A stretch of 46,659 nucleotides of DNA from Actinomycetota bacterium (GCA_046726855.1 JBKPBL010000041.1:1-46659), one strand, 5' to 3'; positions 28,379 to 37,986 are shown, counted from the first letter of the stretch. The notes: generated by a model from the sequence alone, not told the origin. Numbers and translations: made by a program.

Positions 28379-29716
28379 TTACCGGCTGGCAGGTGATGGG
28401 GTCAACGCCGCGGCGAGGGCCTTGGCGTGGCGCCGGGCCTCCTCCTCGGTCTCCGCCTCGACCATGATCCGGACGACCGGCTCGGTGCCCGAGGCTCGGA
28501 CCAGAACCCGTCCCCGGCCTCCCAGCGCCTCCGTGGCCGCGCCGATTGCCTCCTTAACCTCGGCCGAGGCTGCCGCGGCTGCGGGGTCGGCCAGCGACAC
28601 GCTCTCCAGTACCTGGGGGAACCGCTCGATCACCGAGGCCACCTCGGCCACGGTCCTTCCCAGCCTGGAAGCCAGCGAGAGGAACCGCACCGCGGTCAGC
28701 AGCCCGTCTCCGGTCGTGGCCTGTTCCAGGAAGATCACGTGGCCTGACTGCTCCCCGCCGAGGCCCGCGCCGGTTCGGATCATCTCCTCGAGCACGTATC
28801 GGTCCCCTACCTGGGTCTCGGCCACCGTGATGCCGGCCTCATCCATGGCCCGGCGGAAGCCCAGGTTGGCCATCACGGTGGCCACCACAGTGTCCTTGGG
28901 AAGCCGGTCCTCCCGCTTCATGGCCAGGGCACAGGCCGCTATCACCTGGTCGCCGTCGATGAGGTTCCCCCCGGCGTCGGAGAACAGCGCTCTGTCGGCG
29001 TCCCCGTCGTGGGTGACTCCGGCATCGGCCCCCAGGGCCCTGACGGCCCGGGCCACCACCTCCGGATGAGTAGGCCCGCAGTCCACGTTGATCTGCTCCC
29101 CCTCCGGCCGCTCGTTGATCGCGTGGACCTCAGCTCCCAGGCGCCGGAGGACCTCCGGGGCCAGGCGATACGCCGCTCCCCAGGCGCAGTCCACGACCAC
29201 TCGCATCCCTTCGAGGCGGGCCTCGGCGGCTGCCTCCAGGTGAGAGAGGTAGCGCTCGATCTCCTCGGAGGCGTCGGTGACCCGGCCGACCGCTGGACCT
29301 TCGGGGCGCCGGCCGTTGCCCTCGCGGACCAACCGCTCGATGGCCTCCTCGGTCTCGTCGGCGAGCTTCATCCCCCGGGCGGAGAACAGCTTGATCCCGT
29401 TGTCCCCCGGTGGATTGTGAGAGGCGGAGATGGCGACACCCATGCGCGCACCCAGCTCCACCGTCAGGAAGGCCACCGCGGGGGTGGGGATCACTCCGGC
29501 CCGAACCACGTCCCCGCCCGCCGAGCACAGTCCGGCGGAGAGGGCCGCCTGGAGCATCGGCCCCGAGACCCGGGTATCCCGGCCGACCACGAACCTCGGC
29601 CGGCCCCCCTCCCCCGAGGCCAGGACGGCGGCCCGACCGATGGCGAAGGCCAGCTCGGGCGTGAGGTCTCGGTTGGCCACGCCCCGTATGCCGTCGGTGC
29701 CAAAGAGCCCCGCCAC
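28379..29716 (-). CDS. glmM: Phosphoglucosamine mutase
   Basis: (M)AGLFGTDGIRG..., ISASHNP (phospho-Ser loop), GDGDADR. GTG start. Confidence 0.95.
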   Translation of the reverse strand: MAGLFGTDGIRGVANRDLTPELAFAIGRAAVLASGEGGRPRFVVGRDTRVSGPMLQAALSAGLCSAGGDVVRAGVIPTPAVAFLTVELGARMGVAISASHNPPGDNGIKLFSARGMKLADETEEAIERLVREGNGRRPEGPAVGRVTDASEEIERYLSHLEAAAEARLEGMRVVVDCAWGAAYRLAPEVLRRLGAEVHAINERPEGEQINVDCGPTHPEVVARAVRALGADAGVTHDGDADRALFSDAGGNLIDGDQVIAACALAMKREDRLPKDTVVATVMANLGFRRAMDEAGITVAETQVGDRYVLEEMIRTGAGLGGEQSGHVIFLEQATTGDGLLTAVRFLSLASRLGRTVAEVASVIERFPQVLESVSLADPAAAAASAEVKEAIGAATEALGGRGRVLVRASGTEPVVRIMVEAETEEEARRHAKALAAALTPSPASR

Positions 29717-29780
29717 CGGGGCATCTTAATAGGGGAGGCCGCGACAGCAATGCAAGCCTGGACGGGCGGTCCTCGCCGAG

Positions 29781-30185
29781 CTATCGCTTGCTGTACTGGG
29801 GCGCCTTCCGGGCCTTTTTCAGCCCGTACTTCCGGCGCTCCTTCTCCCGGGCGTCGCGGGACAGGAACCCGTCCCTCTTGAGGGCCCCTCGGAGGGAGCC
29901 GTCCATCTCGACCAGGGCCCGGGCGATGGCGTGGCGAAGCGCCCCGGCCTGGCCCGTGGCCCCGCCGCCTTGTAGCCGGGCCACCACATCGATCTCCTTC
30001 TCCTTCCCCGCGGCCCGCAGCGGGCCGGTGGCCAGCATCCGCTGGGTCCGGGAGGGGAAGTACTCCTCCAGGGAGCGGCCGTTGAGGTCAAACTTCCCTG
30101 TCCCGGAGCCGAGGCGGACCCGGGCCACCGCCTCCTTCCGCCGGCCGGTTGCCGTGGCCTGAGCGACGGTGGCGGTATCGGCCAT
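29781..30185 (-). CDS. rpsI: 30S ribosomal protein S9
   Basis: ...[13 protein letters not shown]..., C-terminal [12 protein letters not shown]. The ATG at 30185 lies 1 nt after the rplM TGA. Confidence 0.95.
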   Translation of the reverse strand: MADTATVAQATATGRRKEAVARVRLGSGTGKFDLNGRSLEEYFPSRTQRMLATGPLRAAGKEKEIDVVARLQGGGATGQAGALRHAIARALVEMDGSLRGALKRDGFLSRDAREKERRKYGLKKARKAPQYSKR

Positions 30186-30186
30186 C

Positions 30187-30648
30187 TCAGGACCCCTGCC
30201 CCACGGCACCCGGGACCTCCCCGAGCTTCAGCGGCACGGGCTTCTGGGCCTCGTGGCCGTGGTCCTGGCCCCGGTACACGATCAGCTTTCTGGCCATCTG
30301 CCTGCCCAGGCGGTTCCGGGGGAGCATCCCCCTGATGGCCCGCTCGACCGCCTTCTCGGGGTGCCTTGCCAGGAGGCGCTCGAACGGCTCCTCCTTCAGC
30401 CCGCCGGGGTACCGGGAGTGCCGGTAGTAGGTCTTCTTGGGGGCCTTCTCGCCCGAGAGCCGGACCCCCGCGGCGTTCACCACGATGACGTGATCGCCCG
30501 TGTCCATGTGAGGGGCATACGTCGGCTTGTGCTTGCCTCGGAGGATCTTGGCCACCTCGGAGGCCAGGCGGCCCAGCACGGCGCCCTGTGCGTCCACCAC
30601 GTACCAGGCGCGGCGGATGTCCTTCTTCCTGGGACTGTAGGTCTTCAT
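30187..30648 (-). CDS. rplM: 50S ribosomal protein L13
   Basis: [30 protein letters not shown].... The ATG at 30648 shares 1 nt with the truA TGA. Confidence 0.95.
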   Translation of the reverse strand: MKTYSPRKKDIRRAWYVVDAQGAVLGRLASEVAKILRGKHKPTYAPHMDTGDHVIVVNAAGVRLSGEKAPKKTYYRHSRYPGGLKEEPFERLLARHPEKAVERAIRGMLPRNRLGRQMARKLIVYRGQDHGHEAQKPVPLKLGEVPGAVGQGS

Positions 30649-31421
30649 CACTCTCCAGACGCAGACAACCACAGACGGGTCGGTCGGCGAGGTCCATATG
30701 TTACAGAAACGAGGGTCAGCCCGTCCGGCGGAGCCACCGGCCCGGCGGCCGAACGGTCTCGGGCTGCCAGGATCCCAGGCATCGACCCGGGCTCGATCCG
30801 GCCCTCCCCAACGGCCAGAAGGGTCCCCACCAGGCTGCGGACCATCTGGTGGAGGAAGGCATCGGCCCGGGCCCGGACCTCCAGGAGGTTCGCGGTCCGC
30901 CTGACCGACAGCCGATACAGGGTCCGCACGGTGGCCGAGCCGTCTCGGGGCGGCCGGCAGAAGGAGGCGAAGTCGTGCCTTCCCAGCAGCAGCCGGGCGG
31001 CCTCGCGCATCCGACCCAGCCGGTACTCGCCCGGCCGGTGCCACTCGAACTGTGCGAAGAAGGGATCGGGGTCGTCTGAGGTCCGGACCCGGTACCGGTA
31101 CTCGCGAGCCGAGGCGCTCCGCCTGGCGTCGAATCCATCGGGGGCCCGTCTCGCCACGCGGACCACCACCTCGGGGGCCAGCATCCCGTTGAGGGCCCTG
31201 CGGATCCGAGCCGGGTCCGCCTCGGACCTGAGCGAGACTACCTGCCCTTCGGCGTGGACCCCGGCGTCGGTCCGGCCCGCCACCGAGAGCCAGGGCCGCG
31301 ACCCCATGACGCGCTCGAGGGCCTCGAGCAGCACTCCCTCCACGGTGCGCTGCCCGGGCTGGCGAGCGAAGCCCCGGAAGCCGGAACCGTCGTAGGCCAG
31401 GACCAGCTTGAGGACCGCCAC
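30648..31421 (-). CDS. truA: tRNA pseudouridine(38-40) synthase
   Basis: (M)AVLKLVLAYDGSGFRGFARQPG..., AGRTDAGVHA catalytic Asp motif. GTG start. Confidence 0.92.
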   Translation of the reverse strand: MAVLKLVLAYDGSGFRGFARQPGQRTVEGVLLEALERVMGSRPWLSVAGRTDAGVHAEGQVVSLRSEADPARIRRALNGMLAPEVVVRVARRAPDGFDARRSASAREYRYRVRTSDDPDPFFAQFEWHRPGEYRLGRMREAARLLLGRHDFASFCRPPRDGSATVRTLYRLSVRRTANLLEVRARADAFLHQMVRSLVGTLLAVGEGRIEPGSMPGILAARDRSAAGPVAPPDGLTLVSVTYGPRRPTRLWLSASGE

Positions 31422-31439
31422 GAGGCCGGCGTCGGCCGG

Positions 31440-31808
31440 CTACTCCTCGGGCCGGCGGTCGACCAGCTCGAGGACGGCCATCGGAGCCCCGTCCCCCTTC
31501 CGGGGACCGATCTTCAGGATCCGGGTGTATCCACCGTCCCGCTCGGCCATCCGGGGGCCGATCTCGGAGAACAGCCGGTGAACGACGTCCCGGTCTGGGA
31601 CAACCTTCAGCACCTGGCGCCGGGCGTGGACGTCACCGCGCTTGGCGAACGTGATCAACCGCTCGGCCACGGGCCGGAGCGCCTTGGCCTTGGCCTCCGT
31701 GGTTCGGACCATCTCGTGCTGGAACAGCGCGGCGGCCAGCCCGCCCAGCATCAACCGCTGGTGCGGCGGGCCGGACCCCAGCCGCGGCCCTCTCCTCGGC
31801 TTCGGCAC
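31440..31808 (-). CDS. rplQ: 50S ribosomal protein L17
   Basis: (M)[20 protein letters not shown]..., GGYTRILK. The GTG start lies 5 nt after the rpoA stop. Confidence 0.95.
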   Translation of the reverse strand: MPKPRRGPRLGSGPPHQRLMLGGLAAALFQHEMVRTTEAKAKALRPVAERLITFAKRGDVHARRQVLKVVPDRDVVHRLFSEIGPRMAERDGGYTRILKIGPRKGDGAPMAVLELVDRRPEE

Positions 31809-31813
31809 CTGGC

Positions 31814-32746
31814 TCAGCCCTCCCTGAGCGACAGCCCCATGTTCTCGAGCTTCTGCTTTACCTCTTCGATCGACTTCTGCCCGAAGTTGCGGATGTCGGT
31901 CAGCTCCTGCTCGGTCTTCTGAACCAGCTCCCCCACAGTGTTGACGCCCTCCCGCTTCAGGCAGTTGTACGAGCGGACCGAGAGGTCCAGCTCCTCGATC
32001 GGCAGGGCCAGCTCTCCGGTGAGGTCCTCCACGCCCTCGGCCGGTCCCAGGGACAGGCCGGGACTCTCGGACAGCTCGGAGAACAGGCCGGCCAGCTCGA
32101 CCAACGTGGTCCCGGCGGAAGCCACGGCCTCGCGAGGTGATACCGAGCCGTCGGTCTGGACGTCCAGGATCAGACGGTCCCGGTCCGTCATCTGCTCGAC
32201 CCGGGTCGCTTCCACCGAGTAGGAAACCCGGCGGACCGGGGAAAAGATGGAGTCGACGGGGATCACCCCGATCGGGTCCCGGGGCTTCTTGTTCTGTTCT
32301 GCGGGCCGGTACCCCACCCCCCGTTCCACGACCAGCTCCATCTCCAGGCTCCCACCGCGTCCGAGCGTGGCTATATGGAGGTCCGGATTGAGGATCTCGA
32401 CGCCCGCGGGCGGCGAGATGTCCCCGGCCTTCACGTCACCGGGCCCCTTGGCCTTGAGGTAGACGGTGGCCAGCTCTTCGAGCTCGGAACGGATCACCAT
32501 GTCCTTGACGTTCAGCACTATGTCGGTGACGTCCTCGGTGACGTGGGAGACCGTGGAGAACTCGTGGAGCACCCCCTCGATCTTCACCGACGACACGGCG
32601 GCCCCGGGTATCGACGACAGTAGCGTCCTCCGGAGCGAGTTCCCGAGCGTGTATCCGAAGCCCGGCTCCAGCGGCTCGATCATGAACTTGGCCCGCGTAG
32701 GGCTGACGGCTTCTTCCTGGATCCTTGGTCTCGCGACGATCAGCAC
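31814..32746 (-). CDS. rpoA: DNA-directed RNA polymerase alpha subunit
   Basis: [34 protein letters not shown] at 32746 lies 7 nt after GGAGG and matches the usual MLISQRP-type N-terminus. The alternative ATG at 32752 has only 1 nt of SD spacing. Confidence 0.93.
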   Translation of the reverse strand: MLIVARPRIQEEAVSPTRAKFMIEPLEPGFGYTLGNSLRRTLLSSIPGAAVSSVKIEGVLHEFSTVSHVTEDVTDIVLNVKDMVIRSELEELATVYLKAKGPGDVKAGDISPPAGVEILNPDLHIATLGRGGSLEMELVVERGVGYRPAEQNKKPRDPIGVIPVDSIFSPVRRVSYSVEATRVEQMTDRDRLILDVQTDGSVSPREAVASAGTTLVELAGLFSELSESPGLSLGPAEGVEDLTGELALPIEELDLSVRSYNCLKREGVNTVGELVQKTEQELTDIRNFGQKSIEEVKQKLENMGLSLREG

Positions 32747-32793
32747 TTGCATCCCTCCTCGGCCGGGGATCATCCACTCCTCCCGGCCATCTC

Positions 32794-32813
32794 GGCCGGT
32801 CTGGTGACCGGCC
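32794..32813 (-). other. Perfect 8-bp GC stem-loop in the rpsD-rpoA spacer
   Basis: GGCCGGTC-ACCA-GACCGGCC on the minus strand. Confidence 0.55.
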
Positions 32814-32832
32814 CTGTTGGCCCCCGGCATCC

Positions 32833-32847
32833 CGCCGGCGGCCGGCG
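32833..32847 (-). other. GC palindrome just 3' of the rpsD stop
   Basis: CGCCGGC-C-GCCGGCG on the minus strand, 6 nt after the TAG. No U-tract follows. Confidence 0.4.
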
Positions 32848-32853
32848 AAACAA

Positions 32854-33480
32854 CTACTTCGAGTACAGCTCCACGATCAGCTGCTCCCGCACCGGGGTAT
32901 CGATCATCTGCCTGGCGGGCAGGTCGTTCACCCTGATGGACAGGTTGCCCTTATCGAGGTCCAGCCAGGGGGGGATGACCCGCCCATCGGACAGCTCGAG
33001 GGCCTCGAGCACCGGGATCATGTTCCGGCTTCGCTCGCGAACCTGGACCACGTCACCCGGGCGGATCCGGTACGACGGGATGCTCACGGTCCGTCCGTTC
33101 ACCTGGAGATGCCGATGGCGGACGAGCTGGCGAGCCTGGTCCCGCGAGATGGCCAGCCCCCCTCGGTACACCACGTTGTCGAGCCGGGTCTCCAGGAGGC
33201 GCAGCAGGTTCTCCCCGGTGATCCCCTGCTGGCCGGCGGCGGTCTGGTAGTAGCCCCGGAACTGCCGCTCCAGCACACCGTAGATCCGGCGGGCCTTCTG
33301 CTTCTCGCGAAGCTGCATCAGGTACTCGGACTCCTTGATCCTGGCCCGGCCGTGGTCCCCCGGCGGGTACGGCCGGCGCTCGATGGGACACTTCGGTGTC
33401 TCGCACTTGGTGCCCTTCAGGTACAGCTTCATCCGCTCCCGGCGGCACAGCTTGCAATCCGGCCCCGTGTACCGTGCCAA
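32854..33480 (-). CDS. rpsD: 30S ribosomal protein S4
   Basis: (M)[22 protein letters not shown]..., with an S4 domain. The TTG start directly follows the rpsK TAG. Confidence 0.95.
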   Translation of the reverse strand: MARYTGPDCKLCRRERMKLYLKGTKCETPKCPIERRPYPPGDHGRARIKESEYLMQLREKQKARRIYGVLERQFRGYYQTAAGQQGITGENLLRLLETRLDNVVYRGGLAISRDQARQLVRHRHLQVNGRTVSIPSYRIRPGDVVQVRERSRNMIPVLEALELSDGRVIPPWLDLDKGNLSIRVNDLPARQMIDTPVREQLIVELYSK

Positions 33481-33870
33481 CTAGACCCGCCTCCGCTTCC
33501 TTGGCCGACAGCCGTTGTGAGGCACCGGTGTGACGTCCTGGATCCCGAGGATCTCCAGCCCGCTGGCCTGGAGCGAACGGATGGCGGTCTCCCGCCCCGA
33601 TCCCGGGCCCTTGACGAAGACCTCGACCTTGCGGACGCCGTGCTCCTGGGCCCGGCGCGACGCTGCTTCGGCGGCGAGCTGAGCGGCGAACGGCGTGGAT
33701 TTCCTCGACCCCTTGAAGCCCACGTTGCCGGCGCTGGCCCAGGAGAGGGTGTTCCCCTCCAGGTCGGTGATGGTGACGATCGTGTTGTTGAACGTCGACT
33801 TGATGTGGGCGGCCCCGTGGGCGATGTTCTTCTTCTCCTTCTTTCGGGTCTTCTTCTTCGGCTTGGCCAC
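33481..33870 (-). CDS. rpsK: 30S ribosomal protein S11
   Basis: ...[18 protein letters not shown]...[18 protein letters not shown].... The GTG start directly follows the rpsM TAG. Confidence 0.95.
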   Translation of the reverse strand: MAKPKKKTRKKEKKNIAHGAAHIKSTFNNTIVTITDLEGNTLSWASAGNVGFKGSRKSTPFAAQLAAEAASRRAQEHGVRKVEVFVKGPGSGRETAIRSLQASGLEILGIQDVTPVPHNGCRPRKRRRV

Positions 33871-34245
33871 CTAGATCTTCTTCCTCTTGATTCCCACGGT
33901 CTTCTTGGGGCCTTTCCGGGTCCGGGCGTTGGTATGTGTCCTCTGTCCGTGAACAGGAAGGCTCCGGCGGTGCCGGAGGCCCTGATACGCTCCGATCTCG
34001 ATCTTCCGCTTGATGTCCTGGGCCACGTCCCGGCGGAGGTCCCCCTCCACCTTGTAGTGCTCTCCGATCCAGTCCCGGATGCGGACTATCTCGTCCTCGG
34101 CCAGGTCCCGGACCTTGGTTCCATCGGCCACCTTTGCCCCGGCCACGGTCTCCCGGGCCTTCGTGGCGCCGATGCCGTAGATGTAGGTCAGGGCCACGTC
34201 CACCCGCTTGTCGCGGGGAAGATCCACTCCGGCGATCCGAGCCAC
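33871..34245 (-). CDS. rpsM: 30S ribosomal protein S13
   Basis: (M)[25 protein letters not shown].... GTG start with SD GGAGGAG. Confidence 0.95.
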   Translation of the reverse strand: MARIAGVDLPRDKRVDVALTYIYGIGATKARETVAGAKVADGTKVRDLAEDEIVRIRDWIGEHYKVEGDLRRDVAQDIKRKIEIGAYQGLRHRRSLPVHGQRTHTNARTRKGPKKTVGIKRKKI

Positions 34246-34252
34246 GCTCCTC

Positions 34253-34366
34253 CTACCCCTGTCGCTGCTTGTGCCTGGGATTCGAGCAGATCACCATGAT
34301 CCGCCCCCGGCGGCGAACCACCTTGCACTTCTCGCACATCCTTCTCACGGACGGCCGCACCTTCAC
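34253..34366 (-). CDS. rpmJ: 50S ribosomal protein L36 (Zn-binding form)
   Basis: 37 aa: (M)[39 protein letters not shown] start at 34366. The track extension is untranslated leader. Confidence 0.92.
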   Translation of the reverse strand: MKVRPSVRRMCEKCKVVRRRGRIMVICSNPRHKQRQG

Positions 34367-34404
34367 CGTTGTCTCCCAGGGGATTCCCGACAGCACAAAT
34401 ATGC

Positions 34405-34420
34405 GCCCCCGGCTGGGGGC
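34405..34420 (-). other. 5'-terminal stem-loop of the predicted rpmJ-alpha operon transcript
   Basis: GCCCCC-AGCC-GGGGGC on the minus strand, beginning at about the predicted +1. Confidence 0.4.
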
Positions 34421-34426
34421 TGTCCC

Positions 34427-34456
34427 ATTATAGGGAGACCTCGGCGCCACCGTCCA
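34427..34456 (-). promoter_or_regulatory. Candidate promoter of rpmJ-rpsM-rpsK-rpsD-rpoA-rplQ (TGGACG-18 nt-TATAAT)
   Basis: Consensus TATAAT on the minus strand at 34432-34427, with the -35-like TGGACG at 34456-34451. Confidence 0.5.
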
Positions 34457-34510
34457 CGGTCCCCTCTGCAGAACGGCTCGATCCAGACATCTGAGACCGG
34501 GCCCGGCCCC

Positions 34511-35263
34511 TCAAGGCAAGGCCGTGAGGACCTCGGGGCCGTCCTCGGTGATGGCGATGGTGTGCTCGAAGTGGGCCGACAGGCTCGCGTCGGCGGTCAC
34601 AACGGTCCACCCGTCTTCCAGCACCCGGGTCTCCCAACCTCCCAGGTTCACCATGGGCTCCACCGCCAGCGCCAGTCCCGCCCCGAGCTCCGGTCCCCGG
34701 CCGGGGGGGCCGTAGTTGGGGATGTGGGGGTCCTCATGCATACTCTGGCCGATGCCGTGCCCCCCGTATTCACGGACCAAGCTGAATCCCACCCCTTCGA
34801 CCACCTGCTGGATGGTGTGGCCGATGTCGGACAGGCGGTTCCCCCCTCTGATCACCCCGATGGCGGCCTCGAGGGCCTCCTCGGTCACCCGGACCAGTTT
34901 GTCCGCCTCTGCCGAGGGTGGCTCACCCACGAATACCGTGATGGCCGAGTCCGCGTGGTACCCCTCCCAGATGGCTCCGCAATCGAGGGACAGGAGGTCG
35001 CCGTCCCGGAGGACCCGGTCGCCCGGTATGCCGTGGACGATCTCCTCGTTCACGGACGTGCATATCGAGGCGGGGAACCCCCGGTAGCCCAGGAACGAGG
35101 GGGTGGCCCCCGCGTCTTCGGTGGCCCGCTCGGCCACTCGATCGAGGTCCTTGGTGGTGATGCCCGGGCGAACCGCCGCGGCCACCTTGGCGCGAACCTC
35201 GGCAAGGATGCGACCGGCTCGCCGCATCTTCGAGATCTCTTCGGGAGACTTCCGAATGATCAT
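34511..35263 (-). CDS. map: Type I methionine aminopeptidase
   Basis: MIIRKSPEEISKMRRAG..., metal ligands in DCGA...D...GHGIG...EP...EHT. The ATG at 35263 shares 1 nt with the adk TGA. Confidence 0.95.
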   Translation of the reverse strand: MIIRKSPEEISKMRRAGRILAEVRAKVAAAVRPGITTKDLDRVAERATEDAGATPSFLGYRGFPASICTSVNEEIVHGIPGDRVLRDGDLLSLDCGAIWEGYHADSAITVFVGEPPSAEADKLVRVTEEALEAAIGVIRGGNRLSDIGHTIQQVVEGVGFSLVREYGGHGIGQSMHEDPHIPNYGPPGRGPELGAGLALAVEPMVNLGGWETRVLEDGWTVVTADASLSAHFEHTIAITEDGPEVLTALP

Positions 35264-35913
35264 CAGTCGCGGGTCAAGTCGTCCAGGGCCCCGACGGCCC
35301 GGCGGGTGATGTCCTCGACCTCGCCGACGGCGTCGATCTCGCGGAGCAGGCCCCGGTCCCAGTAGAACTTCTCCAGCGGCTCGGTGTCCCGGTGGTAGAT
35401 CTCCAGCCGGTGGCGGACGGTCTCCTCGCGGTCGTCCTGGCGCTGGAACAGCTCCCCTCCGCAGGCGTCGCAGATGCCCTCGATCTTTGGCGGTTTGAAC
35501 TCGACGTTGTAGGTTCGCTCGCAGTGCGAGCACGTCCGCCGGCCGGCCAGCCGGGCCACCGCGACCTCGTCCGGGACGGCGAACTTGAGCACCGCGTGGA
35601 GCGGCCGCCCCCGCTCGGCCAGGGACTCCTCCAGGGCCAGGGCCTGAGGGATGGTCCGGGGGAACCCGTCTAGCACGAACCCGTTGGGGGACTTGTCCAG
35701 CTCCTCCATCAACATCAGGATCACCACGTCGTCGGGGACGAGCTCGCCGGCGTCCATGTAGGACCGGGCCTTCAGCCCCAGCGGGGTCTCCAGGCGGACG
35801 TTCTTGCGGAAGATGTCGCCCGTGGCGATCAGCCGGACCCCGTGGTAGTCGGCCAGGCGGTGGGCCTGGGTCCCCTTCCCCGCCCCGGGGGGCCCGAACA
35901 GGACGATCTTCAC
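35263..35913 (-). CDS. adk: Adenylate kinase (Zn-lid type)
   Basis: (M)KIVLFGPPGAGKGTQA P-loop. The lid has CSHC...CDAC. GTG start. Confidence 0.96.
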   Translation of the reverse strand: MKIVLFGPPGAGKGTQAHRLADYHGVRLIATGDIFRKNVRLETPLGLKARSYMDAGELVPDDVVILMLMEELDKSPNGFVLDGFPRTIPQALALEESLAERGRPLHAVLKFAVPDEVAVARLAGRRTCSHCERTYNVEFKPPKIEGICDACGGELFQRQDDREETVRHRLEIYHRDTEPLEKFYWDRGLLREIDAVGEVEDITRRAVGALDDLTRD

Positions 35914-35917
35914 CTGG

Positions 35918-37192
35918 TTACCTCAGGAACCCCTCGTAATGGCGCATGGTCAACTGGGACTCGATCTGTTTCATGGTCTCCAGCGCCACGCCCACCACGA
36001 TGAGTACCGACGTGCCCCCGAAGGGGAACACGTTGGGGTTGATCCCCATCACGATGAGGGCGATCGATGGGATCAGGGCGATGGTCGCCAGGAACAGAGA
36101 GCCGGGCAGGGTGATCCTGGACAGGATGTGATCGAGGTGGTCGGCGGTGGGCTTCCCCGGACGGATCCCGGGGATGAACCCGCCGTACTTCCTGATGTTG
36201 TCGGCGGTGTCCACGGGATTGAACGAGATCGCCGTGTAGAAGTAGGCGAAGAACACCACCAGCAACCCGTAGATCGTGATGTACACCGGGCTGGCCTGGT
36301 TCAGCAGGTGGCCGTCGACGAAGTTCCGGAACGGCGGCCACTGGATCACCGAGGTCAGAAGGGTCGGGAAGTACAGGACGGACGAGGCGAAGATGATCGG
36401 GATAACCCCAGCCTGATTGACCTTCAGGGGGATGTAGGTGCTGCCGCCCGCGGTCATACGTCTGCCCACCACTCGTTTGGCGTACTGAACCGGTATCCGC
36501 CGCTGTCCCTGCTCCATGAACACCACGGCCACGATGATCAGCAGTCCGATGGTCACGATGACCCCGAAGTCCAGTCTCCCCTGCTGCCAGATGCTGTATC
36601 CCTGAGACGGGAGCTCCGAGATGATGCTGGAGAAGATGAGGATGGACATCCCGTTGCCGATCCCTCGCTGGGTGATCAGCTCGCCGAGCCACATGATCAT
36701 GGCGGTGCCGGCGGTCAGCGTGATGACCATGAACGATACCCGGGCCGGAGTGAACTCCCGGATGATCGGCGGGTTGGTGAACTGGTTGTTGAACAGGAAG
36801 ATCAGGCCGGTCGACTGGAGGAGAGCCAGAGTCACCGTCATGTAGCGGGTCCACTGGGTGATCTTCTTGGTCCCGACCTCCCCCTGCTTCTGCCATTGCT
36901 CGAGCTTGGGGATGACCACCGTCAGCAGCTGCATGATGATCGACGAGGTGATGTAGGGCATGATCCCCAGCGCGAACACCGCGAACCGGGTCAGGGCCCC
37001 CCCGGAGAACAAGTTGATGAACGAGAGGAAGCCCTGCTGGTTGGCCTGGGTCTGGGCCGCCAGGGCCTCGACGTCGATGTTGGGGACGGGGATGAACGAG
37101 CCGATCCGGTAGACCGCGATGATGACCAGCGTGAAGAGGATCTTGGCCCGGAGGTCCGGGATCTTGAACGCGTTGACGAAGGCCCTCAGCAT
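35918..37192 (-). CDS. secY: Preprotein translocase subunit SecY
   Basis: MLRAFVNAFKIPDLRAKILFTL..., 10-TM pattern. SD GAGGAG. Confidence 0.96.
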   Translation of the reverse strand: MLRAFVNAFKIPDLRAKILFTLVIIAVYRIGSFIPVPNIDVEALAAQTQANQQGFLSFINLFSGGALTRFAVFALGIMPYITSSIIMQLLTVVIPKLEQWQKQGEVGTKKITQWTRYMTVTLALLQSTGLIFLFNNQFTNPPIIREFTPARVSFMVITLTAGTAMIMWLGELITQRGIGNGMSILIFSSIISELPSQGYSIWQQGRLDFGVIVTIGLLIIVAVVFMEQGQRRIPVQYAKRVVGRRMTAGGSTYIPLKVNQAGVIPIIFASSVLYFPTLLTSVIQWPPFRNFVDGHLLNQASPVYITIYGLLVVFFAYFYTAISFNPVDTADNIRKYGGFIPGIRPGKPTADHLDHILSRITLPGSLFLATIALIPSIALIVMGINPNVFPFGGTSVLIVVGVALETMKQIESQLTMRHYEGFLR

Positions 37193-37219
37193 CGGCAGCT
37201 CCTCGACAAAGGCCTCAGT

Positions 37220-37696
37220 CTACGCCTCCCCGCCTTCTGGCCCCGATCCGGCCGGTCCGCCCAGGACCTCTACCTTGCCGCCCGCCGGCTCGATCTTCTG
37301 GCGGGCGGCCGCCGAAAACCCGTGGGCCTGGACCGTAAGCGCCTTGTCCAGCGTCCCCCACCCCAGGACCTTCACCGGGAGACGGGTCCGGACCAGGCCC
37401 GCGTCGGCCATGGCCTCGGGAGAGATGGTGGCGTTCGCCCGGAACCGCTTGGCCAGCCTGTCCACGTTGACCACCGCCCATTCCTCGCGGTTAGGGTTGG
37501 TGAACCCCGGGGCCTTGGGGATCCGGCGGGCCAGGGGCATCTGGCCGCCCTCGTACCCGGCCTTCTTGGGGTTGCGGGCCAGATAGCCTTTGGTCCCTCG
37601 GCCTGCGGTCTTCCCCTGCCCGGCCGCGCGCCCCCGACCGACTCGCCGCCGGGGACGACGGGATCCCGGGCCCTGCCGAAGGTGATGCAGCTTCAC
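37220..37696 (-). CDS. rplO: 50S ribosomal protein L15
   Basis: (M)[36 protein letters not shown]. The GTG start overlaps the rpmD TGA (GTGA). SD GAGGGAGGGG. Confidence 0.95.
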   Translation of the reverse strand: MKLHHLRQGPGSRRPRRRVGRGRAAGQGKTAGRGTKGYLARNPKKAGYEGGQMPLARRIPKAPGFTNPNREEWAVVNVDRLAKRFRANATISPEAMADAGLVRTRLPVKVLGWGTLDKALTVQAHGFSAAARQKIEPAGGKVEVLGGPAGSGPEGGEA

Positions 37697-37986
37697 GACG
37701 ATTCCCCTCCCTCTGTCCGCCGCCTCCGGCGGCCCCCTTCGGCCAGGGGGGATGCAGCAGCCTGATCCCCTCCGCTTCGCTTCGGGGGGCTGCTGCCCCC
37801 CTGGACCCCCTCCTCCTCCACGTCGACGAGGTGGGCCACCCTGCCGATCATCCCTCGGATCTCGGGGCGGTCCTCCTTCAAGACGGAGTGGCGTATCCGC
37901 CTCAGTCCCAGCGCCCGGACCGTGGCCCGCTGGCGCTTCGGCGCGCCGACCAGGCTCCGAACCTGCGTCACCCTAAGCCTGGCCAT
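37693..37986 (-). CDS. rpmD: 50S ribosomal protein L30 with a C-terminal extension of about 39 aa
   Basis: [35 protein letters not shown]...HLVDVEE is a full L30 core. The frame stays open for 39 more codons to the TGA at 37693. The ATG at 37986 overlaps rpsE by 14 nt. Confidence 0.85.
   Translation of the reverse strand: MARLRVTQVRSLVGAPKRQRATVRALGLRRIRHSVLKEDRPEIRGMIGRVAHLVDVEEEGVQGGSSPPKRSGGDQAAASPLAEGGRRRRRTEGGESS

Noticed and set aside
34428-34637. 69-aa minus-strand ORF overlapping the map 3' end as a candidate replacement for infA.
   Set aside because: Its sequence (MGDPGAGRRVDRCDRRREPVG...) is an Arg-rich off-frame product with no resemblance to the IF-1 S1 fold. It also spans the predicted promoter.
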